Assembly: GCA_964606555.1 (NCBI GenBank)
Contig: CAZSGU010000002.1
Coordinates: forward strand, 1-49,240
Direction of reading: 5' to 3'
Origin: an uncultured bacterium
Lineage (GTDB): Bacteria; Fidelibacterota; Marinisomatia; Marinisomatales; Marinisomataceae
Length of the DNA: 49,240 nt
In this document: positions 1-8,411 of the stretch, piece after piece
How the letters are laid out: each line of letters begins with the position of its first letter
Position numbering within the stretch: the first letter of the stretch is position 1
Position numbers and translations under genes: made by a program
The notes under the pieces: model-generated
What the model saw: the letters and a program-made list of their open reading frames with translations, nothing else
The model's database searches: none
What the model was told of the DNA's origin: nothing

Positions 1-326
1 GCAAGAGGACTCAGATCTAAAACATTTTCTGGAGCAAATGAGATATCTACAACATCTTTTCCGGCTTCGATGATTGTTTTTAACGTTTCATACCCCAGAA
101 ATCCAGGAACTGCTAATAAAACAACATCTGCAGGTTGAATCCATTCAGATAAAGCATTCTTATTTGTAACATCTATTTGTTGAATTTTAATGGAATGATT
201 TTGAGACTGAATTTTAGTAAGTGACTCTTTATTATTATCTGATAAAAATACATCATGATTGTTTGCAAGATCTAATGCCATTGCACTACCAACCATTCCA
301 GAGCCAATTTGAAAAATATTAGCCAC
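1..326 (-). CDS. saccharopine dehydrogenase-like NAD(P)-binding oxidoreductase, N-terminal ~108 codons (3' end runs off the window)
   Basis: Absent from the ORF track because there is no stop in the window. Reverse-strand translation from GTG (326-324) gives VANIFQIGSGMVGSAMALDLANNHDVFLSDNN...VVLLAVPGFLGYETLKTIIEAGKDVVDISFAPEN. It has an N-terminal GxGxxG Rossmann motif and the PGFLG...EAG..VDISF block typical of the saccharopine dehydrogenase/Lys9-like family. Confidence 0.65.
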   Translation of the reverse strand, partial: MANIFQIGSGMVGSAMALDLANNHDVFLSDNNKESLTKIQSQNHSIKIQQIDVTNKNALSEWIQPADVVLLAVPGFLGYETLKTIIEAGKDVVDISFAPENVLDLSPL

Positions 327-334
327 TTTATATG

Positions 335-408
335 CGGGATAGACGGGACTCGAACCCGCGACCTCCGGCTTGACAGGCCGGCGTTCTAACCAGCTGAACT
401 ACTACCCC
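335..408 (-). tRNA. tRNA-Asp (anticodon GTC)
   Basis: The reverse complement GGGGTAGTAGTTCAGCTGGTTAGAACGCCGGCCTGTCAAGCCGGAGGTCGCGGGTTCGAGTCCCGTCTATCCCG folds as a cloverleaf. It has a 7-bp acceptor stem (one G-T pair), GTTC/GAAC D-stem, CCGGC/GCCGG anticodon stem with loop CTGTCAA (GTC), and GCGGG-TTCGAGT-CCCGT T-arm. CCA is not encoded. Confidence 0.9.
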
Positions 409-409
409 A

Positions 410-625
410 TTAATTATTTCTATATAACAACGCATATGGAATTATAATCAAATAACCGATTAACAAAAGTATAGGAGAAAGGATTAAACTTTGAAAACTA
501 TCAACTTCTCCTAAGTACATTATCAAATAACCCACGATTATAACGAAAACTCCAATGGCAAACAAAACATAATTTTTTCTTTTGTATGGCCATTGAAAAG
601 TTACTTTTTCTTTATTTTGATTCAT
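410..625 (-). CDS. small two-TM membrane protein, DUF3098-like
   Basis: 71 aa. A basic N-terminus (FQWPYKRKNYVLF) is followed by two hydrophobic helices (AIGVFVIIVGYLIMYLG, LILSPILLLIGYLIIIPYALL). This layout resembles the DUF3098 proteins of Bacteroidota, recalled from memory and not searched. Confidence 0.5.
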   Translation of the reverse strand: MNQNKEKVTFQWPYKRKNYVLFAIGVFVIIVGYLIMYLGEVDSFQSLILSPILLLIGYLIIIPYALLYRNN

Positions 626-689
626 TATTACAAAAAGTTAAATGTGTTATACAAAGTTTCCAAAAATATAATTAATTTCTCCGTTCCAA

Positions 690-1685
690 ATGGAAAACAA
701 AGTCAATAAAAACCCACAATCTATTTTTGCTAATGTATTTATTCTATTTTTTTTAGCATTTGTTATTTTTTCGTCTTTAAATAGCAAATCAATTGAAAGA
801 AAAACATTTGTGATTGAAAAAGGAATGTCTTTAAATAGCCTTACAAACGTTTTGTATGAAGAAGGTATTATTGGAAATAAATCTTTTTTTAAATATTCGG
901 TTGTATTGCGTGGTCTTGCTGGAAATATTCCAACAGGTACATTCGCAATAGAAGGAGATGTTAGTAATGTTAAACTAATCCGTACAATCTTTGATGAAGG
1001 TCCAATCAGAATAAAAATAACACTTCCTGAGGGATTAAAATCTGAAAAAGTATTAGAAAAAATTGAAAATGCACTTCAAATCCAAAATAACATACTTCTT
1101 ACTGATTCTAGTTTTATAGAACAGTTTGGCATTCAAGCTACTTCTTTAGAGGGATACTTGTTTCCAGATACATATTATTTTTTTCAAGATATGACGATTG
1201 AAGAAATTCTCACAATAATGATTAATCAATTTTGGAATAATTTTGATCAAATGTTAATTAATAGGGCCAATGAATTAGGATTTACGATTCATGAAGTGGT
1301 TACTCTAGCATCTATTATTGAAGGCGAAGCTCTTTTTGATAGTGAACGTAAAACTATATCATCAGTATATCACAATCGGTTAAGAAAAAATATAAAATTA
1401 CAAGCAGATCCAACGATACAGTATTTATTTCAAGATGGACCAAAGACATTACAAACAAAACACTTGACAATAAACTCTCCATATAATACATATATGTATT
1501 ATGGTTTACCGCCAGGACCAATTAATAATCCTGGTATTAAATCAATTGAAGCTGCGCTTTATCCAGAAGATACCGATTACTTGTATTTTGTTGCGAAAGG
1601 AAATGGATACCACGTATTTAGTACAAATCAGTCTGATCATTTAAAGGCAAAACGAGAATATAAAAAACAAAAAAGAATGAAATGA
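690..1685 (+). CDS. mltG: endolytic murein transglycosylase MltG (YceG family)
   Basis: 331 aa with an N-terminal TM anchor. YceG motifs are LASIIEGEA, LQADPT and SPYNTYMYYGLPPGPINNPG. Confidence 0.85.
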   Translation: MENKVNKNPQSIFANVFILFFLAFVIFSSLNSKSIERKTFVIEKGMSLNSLTNVLYEEGIIGNKSFFKYSVVLRGLAGNIPTGTFAIEGDVSNVKLIRTIFDEGPIRIKITLPEGLKSEKVLEKIENALQIQNNILLTDSSFIEQFGIQATSLEGYLFPDTYYFFQDMTIEEILTIMINQFWNNFDQMLINRANELGFTIHEVVTLASIIEGEALFDSERKTISSVYHNRLRKNIKLQADPTIQYLFQDGPKTLQTKHLTINSPYNTYMYYGLPPGPINNPGIKSIEAALYPEDTDYLYFVAKGNGYHVFSTNQSDHLKAKREYKKQKRMK

Positions 1686-3847
1686 AATTATCAGATCTAA
1701 ATAATGAACAATTAAAAGCCGTTAAAGCTACAAAGGGACCAGTCCTTGTTTTCGCAGGAGCAGGAAGTGGAAAAACACGTGTATTGACTTATAAAGTTTG
1801 GTATTTGATTAAAAATAAGATTTATTTACCTAAAGAAATTTTAGCTTTGACATTTACAAATAAAGCAGCATCAGAAATGAAAGAACGTATCAATAAAAGT
1901 ATTAAATGTGATGGCGTCACTGTTGGGACTTTTCATTCTGTTGGAGCTAGAATTCTAAGAAAATATATTAAAAATTTAGATAAAAGATATAGCAGTGATT
2001 TTACAATTTATGATGCTTCTGATCAAAAATTAATCTTAAAAGAGATTATAGAGGAATTAGATCTCAATAATTATAAAGAACTTAATCCAAATTTATTAAG
2101 AGCAAAGATTGATAGCTTCAAAAATGCATCAATGTCTGTTAAAGATGTCCAATCAGAAGCACATGGTTTCGAAAATGAAAAAATTGCTGAGATATATGAT
2201 CTTTATTTAGAGAAACTAATTCAAAATAATGCTGTTGATTTTAATGATTTAATTTTACTACCTATTCGACTCTTTAAGAAAAATAAGTCATCGTTAAAAT
2301 CATATCGAAATTTATGGAAATATATATTAGTTGATGAATTTCAAGATACCAATTCTCCACAATTTGAGTTGATTAGCTTTCTTGCTAGTGGACATAAAAA
2401 TATCACTGTTGTAGGTGATGATGACCAGTCAATTTATGGATGGAGAGGTGCAAATATTGACAATATTCTTACAAACTTTAAAGATACTTTTCCAAAGGCT
2501 ATTGAGATTAAACTAGAGAAAAATTACAGATCAACTCAAAGAATTCTTGATGGTGCATGGTCTGTAGTATCTAACAATACAAATCGTGCTGAAAAGAAAT
2601 TGGTAGCTACAAAAGGACAAGGTGAAAAAATATCGTTAATTCCTACTGGTAATGATAAAGAAGAAGCTCTTGCAGTTGTTGATTCTATTAAAAAAGATAT
2701 CAAAATAAATAAAAGTACATTTCAAGATTTTGCAATCCTTTACCGAACAAATGCTCAATCAAGAATTATAGAGCAGATTTTCATGAGAGAAGGTTTACCG
2801 TATAGTATAGTTGGAGGCACAAAATTTTATGATCGAAAAGAAATAAAAAATGTTGTTGCATATCTTATTTTAATTTGCAACCGAAATGATAATGTAGCTT
2901 TAAAGAGAATCATAAATTTTCCTGTTAGAGGAATTGGTGAGAAAACAATTAAACTTCTTAATGATTTAGCAAACAAGAAGAAAATATCTTTATTTGAAAG
3001 TTTACAATTTGCTAAAGAATTAAAATTAAGAAATAAGCAATGTGATGCAATTGCAAATTTTTATGATTCAATTAATAAATTTCATGATTTACTAGACAAA
3101 TTAGATTGCAAAGAATTATTTCGCGTGATTTTAGAAGAATTTAATATTGAGTACTACTATAAGAATAATCCAGTAGAACAAGATCGTTATAATAATCTCC
3201 AAGAATTAAAATCCAGTATTGATCATTTTGCTGAAACTTCTGGTGGGGGATTAAGAGAATTCTTACAAGAAATAGCATTGTATACTGATTTAGATGATTG
3301 GAATAATAAACAAAATTCTATTACACTCATGACTGTACATGCAGCAAAGGGATTAGAATTTCCCACAGTATTTATTACTGGATTGGAGCAAGGTCTTTTT
3401 CCTTTAATGAGAATAGATGACTCTAGTGATCAATTTGAAGAAGAAAGAAGATTGTTTTATGTTGCACTGACAAGAGCGATGGAAAAAGCCTATTTGCTAA
3501 ATGCACATTATAGAAGAAGATTTGGATCACAAAACACTTCATCTTTTATACAATCTGATTTTTTAAATGAAATCGACAAAGATTCATTGAAATTAAAAAA
3601 ATATAAAAGTGTCTATACTAAACGCATTGTTAGTTCAGCTAATGGTAAAACAGTTAAAGTTGCTAGAACAGTTACTGAATTTGATGATTTCGCAGTGGGC
3701 GATATGGTACAACACAATCTTTTTGGTGTTGGAACTATTATTGTTTTGAATGGTGCTGGAGAAAACCAAAAAGTTGGTATAGAGTTCAAAGATGGTCTAA
3801 AAAAGAAGTTAATTGTGAAGTATGCTAACCTAAAAAGGATAGATTAG
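1682..3847 (+). CDS. uvrD: UvrD/PcrA-family ATP-dependent DNA helicase
   Basis: 721 aa. Motifs are Walker A AGAGSGKTR, DEFQDT, VGDDDQSIYGWRGA, TVHAAKGLEFP, LFYVALTRA and a C-terminal Tudor-like tail (GDMVQHNLFGVGTI). The start overlaps the mltG stop as ATGA. Confidence 0.9.
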   Translation: MKLSDLNNEQLKAVKATKGPVLVFAGAGSGKTRVLTYKVWYLIKNKIYLPKEILALTFTNKAASEMKERINKSIKCDGVTVGTFHSVGARILRKYIKNLDKRYSSDFTIYDASDQKLILKEIIEELDLNNYKELNPNLLRAKIDSFKNASMSVKDVQSEAHGFENEKIAEIYDLYLEKLIQNNAVDFNDLILLPIRLFKKNKSSLKSYRNLWKYILVDEFQDTNSPQFELISFLASGHKNITVVGDDDQSIYGWRGANIDNILTNFKDTFPKAIEIKLEKNYRSTQRILDGAWSVVSNNTNRAEKKLVATKGQGEKISLIPTGNDKEEALAVVDSIKKDIKINKSTFQDFAILYRTNAQSRIIEQIFMREGLPYSIVGGTKFYDRKEIKNVVAYLILICNRNDNVALKRIINFPVRGIGEKTIKLLNDLANKKKISLFESLQFAKELKLRNKQCDAIANFYDSINKFHDLLDKLDCKELFRVILEEFNIEYYYKNNPVEQDRYNNLQELKSSIDHFAETSGGGLREFLQEIALYTDLDDWNNKQNSITLMTVHAAKGLEFPTVFITGLEQGLFPLMRIDDSSDQFEEERRLFYVALTRAMEKAYLLNAHYRRRFGSQNTSSFIQSDFLNEIDKDSLKLKKYKSVYTKRIVSSANGKTVKVARTVTEFDDFAVGDMVQHNLFGVGTIIVLNGAGENQKVGIEFKDGLKKKLIVKYANLKRID

Positions 3848-3873
3848 AAAATTTATTTAATGTAATTTGAATA

Positions 3874-4338
3874 ATGGAAAAATTAATACCATGTAGATTT
3901 CATATCGAAGTTGGATCAGTGCTCAAGACGGAAGGTATGAGAACAACGAAACAACGTTTAGACATATGGGATGAATTATGTTCGACTGATGATCACAGAG
4001 ATATTGAAACTATTCTACAGTCTTTAATCAAGAAGAAAATCAATGTATCAAGAGCTACTCTCTACAGAACAATCGATGTATTTGTTAAACATAATTTGTT
4101 AAAAAAAGTCTCTCTTGGAAATGGCAAAATTCTTTATGAACATAATAAAAAATCTATTAGCCCAAGCCATGATCATATTTTATGTGAAGATTGCGGTGAA
4201 ATCTTCGAATTTTTTGATAGTAATATTACTATTTTAGAAAATGAAATTGCTAAAAAATTAAATATGAAAGTTACACAAAGAACTCATCAACTTTCTGGTG
4301 TATGCAATAATAAAAATTGTTCTCATCTTACTAATTAA
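3874..4338 (+). CDS. fur: Fur-family metalloregulator (Fur/Zur/PerR type not resolvable)
   Basis: 154 aa. It has a winged-helix N-terminus (TKQRLDIW, SRATLYRT), the HDHILCEDCG block and a C-terminal CNNKNC cysteine pair. Confidence 0.75.
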   Translation: MEKLIPCRFHIEVGSVLKTEGMRTTKQRLDIWDELCSTDDHRDIETILQSLIKKKINVSRATLYRTIDVFVKHNLLKKVSLGNGKILYEHNKKSISPSHDHILCEDCGEIFEFFDSNITILENEIAKKLNMKVTQRTHQLSGVCNNKNCSHLTN

Positions 4339-4345
4339 TTTTTAA

Positions 4346-5227
4346 ATGAAATCTGTTCTTATCAATAATTTGGTTTCTGATGTGAAACTTCAAGGTTTTT
4401 ACTTATGCATTGAAAAAAAGCTACGAAAGAAAAAAGATGGATCCTCTTATATTGATTTACTACTTCAAGATAAGTCTGGTTTAATAAGAGGAAGGGTTTG
4501 GGATAATGTTCATGCACTTACTAAAAAATTTGATGTTGGAAATCCAGTTGCCTTAAAAGGTATAACTTATAGTTATGGAGATAATCTTTTTATAAAAATA
4601 AAAAATATTAATAGAGCATCTATTGATAAATACAAGAAATATGGTTTTGTACCATCAGATTTAATTCCTACTTCAAAACAAAATGTGAAACAATTATGGA
4701 CACAGCTCCAGAAAGAGATTAAAACAATTTCAAAACCACACTTTCAAAAGTTAATCACTAAAATTTTATCAGATCATAAGCAAAAATTTCAAATTTATCC
4801 TGCGAGTATTGCATATCACTATAATTATCAACATGGTCTTTTAGAACAAACTGTTTCACTGATGAAGATTGCAAGATTATTAGCAAGAAATTATGCAGTG
4901 GATTCTAATTTATTATTAACAGGAGCTTGCCTTCATCAGATTGGAAAACTTTATTCAATTAATATTGGTTTTTCTGCTGATAAGAATATTGAGAAACAAT
5001 TAGTTGGAAATGCTATTCTATCAAGAGATATTGTTAACGAGTATATAAGAGCAATAAAAACTTTCCCGAAAGAGGATAAAGTTCAACTAGAACATTTAAT
5101 TTTATCTTATCAGGGTAGAAGAGAATGGCAAAGTCCAGTAGAACCACAGACAATAGAAGCAATGCTATTGCATACAATCAATTATATGGATTCTCAGGTA
5201 AATTTCATGAGTAGAAATGAAAAATAA
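4346..5227 (+). CDS. YhaM/Cbf1-like OB-fold + HD-domain protein with a degenerate HD dyad (HQ)
   Basis: 293 aa. The N-terminal OB fold is (DGSSYIDLLLQDKSGLIRGRVWDN...VALKG). The HD-like region is (HGLLEQT, GACLHQIGK, LLHTINYMDS). Confidence 0.6.
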   Translation: MKSVLINNLVSDVKLQGFYLCIEKKLRKKKDGSSYIDLLLQDKSGLIRGRVWDNVHALTKKFDVGNPVALKGITYSYGDNLFIKIKNINRASIDKYKKYGFVPSDLIPTSKQNVKQLWTQLQKEIKTISKPHFQKLITKILSDHKQKFQIYPASIAYHYNYQHGLLEQTVSLMKIARLLARNYAVDSNLLLTGACLHQIGKLYSINIGFSADKNIEKQLVGNAILSRDIVNEYIRAIKTFPKEDKVQLEHLILSYQGRREWQSPVEPQTIEAMLLHTINYMDSQVNFMSRNEK

Positions 5228-6836
5228 ATTACTTATTATATTCTTTTTTCAAAATATTTTCGCACAACATGATATTCCTTATGACTTATCAAATCAATTT
5301 GGTATTAATCTTAACAACAATCAGATTGTATGGAATATAGATCAGAAGTTTAATAATCTGTTGATTGATTCATCTTCAAAATATTTTAAACAAAAATTTA
5401 GCTCTTTTGATTTTAATGATATAGAAATTGATTCAACTTACACAAAAAGTAAATTTTCTTATGAATTTGGCGATTATGGTTTGGATGTTCTTAATGTTGG
5501 CTTAAAAAAACATTCTCAAGATAGTGATTTCCAGTTTTTGGGATTTAAGAAGAGTTTTTTTGGAAATTATTCTGAGTTTGCTAATTCAAATAGCAGTCCT
5601 TTAAGCTTTTTATATGAATTTGATTATTCAAAACATTTTGAGAATCATTTCTTAATTGTTTCAGTAGGATATTTTCAGACAAGTTCAAGTTTTTTATTTG
5701 ATAATCTTGAAGATAACTCGATTAATAAAGAATTTTCTGATTTTTTATCTCTTACTTTAATTGATAGGTTTGAAAAAGGTCTATGGAACTATACATTTGA
5801 ATTCAATCATATTACTAAGCATGATAAACTCTTTTTATTAGAAGAATTGTTAGATAATGATATTGATATTGATAGGAACATTTTTAAAATCAATGCAAAT
5901 AATAATAAAAATGTTTCAATTGATTTATCTTTAAATAATAAATTTTATTTTGATTTAAGATCGCTTCAGACAATTGATGATATTTTACAAGCTTATACTC
6001 AAAATTCTCTCCATCTAGTTAATAGCAATAGTTTTAAATCATCAGAGATTAAATATGGATTTGATTATTTTATGGGGAATTCTCCTTATAAAAGTGATGG
6101 TAGTTATGGATCTGAGAATGAAGAAGTGTTACCAAATTTTTATTATGAACTAAATCATAATTTTGGTAATCAGATTTATTCTCTATCAATGGATATTATG
6201 AACAAACCGACAACATTTTTGTTCGATAATCCCAATTATCAAGAAATTGAAACTTGGAACTCAGTTAATCTACATTATAGCATTTATTCTGGTTTCATTT
6301 TAGAAACCAATCTAAAATGGACTGAAGTATCAAATTTAACAGCATATAATAAAGTTGATAATTCTTTTACTACTCTTTCTGATGATTTATTATCATTGAA
6401 AACAAAATTTGGAATTTCATTTAATAATCATAATTTAAATCTAGCATATTACCACAATTTCTATGATAGTGTTATAAGTTCAAATAGATCAGATATCTTA
6501 GATATTAATTATGGATTTAAAACATCTTTTGTCAATGAAAAGCTAGGTGTAGATGGAAAAATTTCTTTAATCTATCTATCAAAAAATAATTCCGATTTCT
6601 CTTTCGATTATTTTAGAAATATTCCATCTGTTGGAAATAGTTCTATAAATGATGAAAGCTATAGTGTTGGTATAAATCTTGATATTTCTATTGGTGATGT
6701 TATTTTAACATTTCGTGCTAATAATTTATTGCATCGTTTGTCTACCAATGGAGATTATTCAATAGAAAGACATGAATTATTTAATCCAATCAACAGTTTA
6801 ATGTCATTTGGTATTTTATGGGAATTTGATGATTAA
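5217..6836 (+). CDS. hypothetical secreted protein, probable outer-membrane beta-barrel
   Basis: 539 aa with signal peptide MKNKLLIIFFFQNIFAQ. It is rich in Y/N/S/F with alternating-polarity stretches and an aromatic C-terminus (FGILWEFDD). I recognise no family. Confidence 0.4.
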   Translation: MKNKLLIIFFFQNIFAQHDIPYDLSNQFGINLNNNQIVWNIDQKFNNLLIDSSSKYFKQKFSSFDFNDIEIDSTYTKSKFSYEFGDYGLDVLNVGLKKHSQDSDFQFLGFKKSFFGNYSEFANSNSSPLSFLYEFDYSKHFENHFLIVSVGYFQTSSSFLFDNLEDNSINKEFSDFLSLTLIDRFEKGLWNYTFEFNHITKHDKLFLLEELLDNDIDIDRNIFKINANNNKNVSIDLSLNNKFYFDLRSLQTIDDILQAYTQNSLHLVNSNSFKSSEIKYGFDYFMGNSPYKSDGSYGSENEEVLPNFYYELNHNFGNQIYSLSMDIMNKPTTFLFDNPNYQEIETWNSVNLHYSIYSGFILETNLKWTEVSNLTAYNKVDNSFTTLSDDLLSLKTKFGISFNNHNLNLAYYHNFYDSVISSNRSDILDINYGFKTSFVNEKLGVDGKISLIYLSKNNSDFSFDYFRNIPSVGNSSINDESYSVGINLDISIGDVILTFRANNLLHRLSTNGDYSIERHELFNPINSLMSFGILWEFDD

Positions 6837-6891
6837 AGTCTTGGTTATATAATCAAAGTTATTTTTATTCATTAATAAAAGATTATTTTCA

Positions 6892-6899
6892 TAAATTTG
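6892..6899 (+). promoter_or_regulatory. TAAATTTG box (Bacteroidota-type -7 element TAnnTTTG), 8 nt upstream of the HNH gene ATG
   Basis: An exact TAnnTTTG match sits in a 71-nt intergenic gap. The identical octamer recurs 6 nt upstream of the ftsH ATG. Confidence 0.3.
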
Positions 6900-6907
6900 T
6901 ATCCATA

Positions 6908-7441
6908 ATGTATAAAAGTAATTCAGTTTCTAAACTTAATAGTAATCTTACACTAGTTTTAAATGCCAGCTATGTTCCCTTGGCAGTTTGTTCATCAAAA
7001 AGAGCACTATGTTTATATTTTCTTGATAAGATTGATGTTTTAAAAAATTACAATGATTATGTTCATTCACCATCCATGAGAGTAAAGATTCCAAGTGTAG
7101 TTAAATTAAGACGATATGTTAAACATAATAACTTAGATGTTGTTCTTAATAGAAAAAACCTATTGATTAGAGATAACTTTTGTTGTCAATATTGTTTTTC
7201 AAAATCACATTTAACTGTTGATCATATTATTCCCAAAGAAAAAAGTGGTCCTGATACATGGGAAAATTTAATTGTGGCTTGTTCTCCATGTAATTCAAAA
7301 AAAGGAAACAGAACACCACAAGAGGCAAGAATGAAACTTATGAAACAACCAAGAAGACCAAATCGATTCATTTATTTTAAACAATTTGTTAAACAAAACA
7401 ATGTTGATTGGGAAGGTTATTTATTTTCTGGTAAAAATTAA
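6908..7441 (+). CDS. HNH endonuclease (McrA-like small stand-alone form)
   Basis: 177 aa. CCQYC...HLTVDHIIPKEKSG...WENLIVACSPCNSKKGNR forms a CxxC/H-N-H/CxxC beta-beta-alpha-metal finger. Confidence 0.8.
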   Translation: MYKSNSVSKLNSNLTLVLNASYVPLAVCSSKRALCLYFLDKIDVLKNYNDYVHSPSMRVKIPSVVKLRRYVKHNNLDVVLNRKNLLIRDNFCCQYCFSKSHLTVDHIIPKEKSGPDTWENLIVACSPCNSKKGNRTPQEARMKLMKQPRRPNRFIYFKQFVKQNNVDWEGYLFSGKN

Positions 7442-7442
7442 T

Positions 7443-8411
7443 ATGAAAAAGAAGAGAATACTAAGTGGCGTACAACCATCAGGGTTATTACATATTGGTA
7501 ATTACTTTGGAATGATTAAACGTATGATTGAATTTCAGAAATCATCTGATTTGTTTTGTTTTATTGCCAACTATCATTCTTTGACTTCTTTGAATGATAA
7601 AAACAAACTTGAGGATAATACATTCGTTTCATTTTGTGATTTATTAGCTTTAGGTCTTAATCCATCTAAATCTACCATCTGGATTCAATCTCATGTTCCA
7701 GAAGTAACAGAATTAGCGTGGATATTATCTAATTTTACCAGCGTCGGTTTGATGCAAAGATCTACATCTTATAAAGATAAGATTGGACGCGGTTTAAAGC
7801 CAAATATGGGATTATTTTCTTATCCAATTTTGATGGCATCAGATATCTTATTGTTTCAATCAGATGTTGTCCCAGTTGGGAAAGATCAAAAACAACACTT
7901 GGAAATGACTAGAGATATTGCACTAAAATTTAATAATACTTTTGAAGAAATCTTCACTATTCCAGAAATTGATATTGATAAGAATGCTAGTGTAATTAAT
8001 GGTATTGATGATCAAAAGATGAGCAAATCTTACAATAATACTATTCCAATCTTTGGTGATGATAAATATATAAAAGAACAAATAATGAATATTGTTACTG
8101 ATTCTGCCGGATTAAATGAGCCAAAAGATATTGATACTCCATTATTTAAAATTTATTCATTATTCTTAACAGAAAATCAGAAAAAAGAGCTCAAAGAAAG
8201 ATATAAAACTCCTGGACTAAAATATTCAGATATAAAAAATGAACTCTATCAATGTATTATGGATTATTTTGCTGATCAAAGATTGCAGAAAGACGATTAT
8301 TTAAATAGACCTGATGATGTTTCTGATTTGATGGCCTCAGGAAAAGAGAAAGCAAAAGCTGTCGCAACTAAAACTTTAGAAGATGTTAAGAAATCAATTG
8401 GAATGCTTTAA
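7443..8411 (+). CDS. trpS: tryptophan--tRNA ligase
   Basis: It has the HIGH-type motif LLHIGNYFG and KMSKS. I moved the start to ATG 7443 (MKKKRILSGVQPSG). The ORF-track extension from 7386 overlaps the HNH gene. Confidence 0.9.
   Translation: MKKKRILSGVQPSGLLHIGNYFGMIKRMIEFQKSSDLFCFIANYHSLTSLNDKNKLEDNTFVSFCDLLALGLNPSKSTIWIQSHVPEVTELAWILSNFTSVGLMQRSTSYKDKIGRGLKPNMGLFSYPILMASDILLFQSDVVPVGKDQKQHLEMTRDIALKFNNTFEEIFTIPEIDIDKNASVINGIDDQKMSKSYNNTIPIFGDDKYIKEQIMNIVTDSAGLNEPKDIDTPLFKIYSLFLTENQKKELKERYKTPGLKYSDIKNELYQCIMDYFADQRLQKDDYLNRPDDVSDLMASGKEKAKAVATKTLEDVKKSIGML

Noticed and set aside
335-408. tRNA-Asp as a possible integration site or genomic-island boundary
   Set aside because: There is no integrase and no direct repeat of the tRNA 3' end. 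I see no compositional change, and both flanks hold ordinary tightly packed genes.
6908-7441. HNH endonuclease as a sign of a restriction-modification system, homing element or defence island
   Set aside because: There is no adjacent methyltransferase, intron or intein context, repeats or other defence genes. It is a small stand-alone HNH protein sitting between an OMP gene and trpS in otherwise core synteny.
7386-7442. N-terminal extensions in the ORF track (trpS 7386, RfaE-like 17940, MltD-like 18514, ccmA 42360)
   Set aside because: Each extension overlaps the upstream gene or uses a TTG start. It adds residues before a canonical N-terminus or signal peptide, and an in-frame ATG at the expected position gives a better model.
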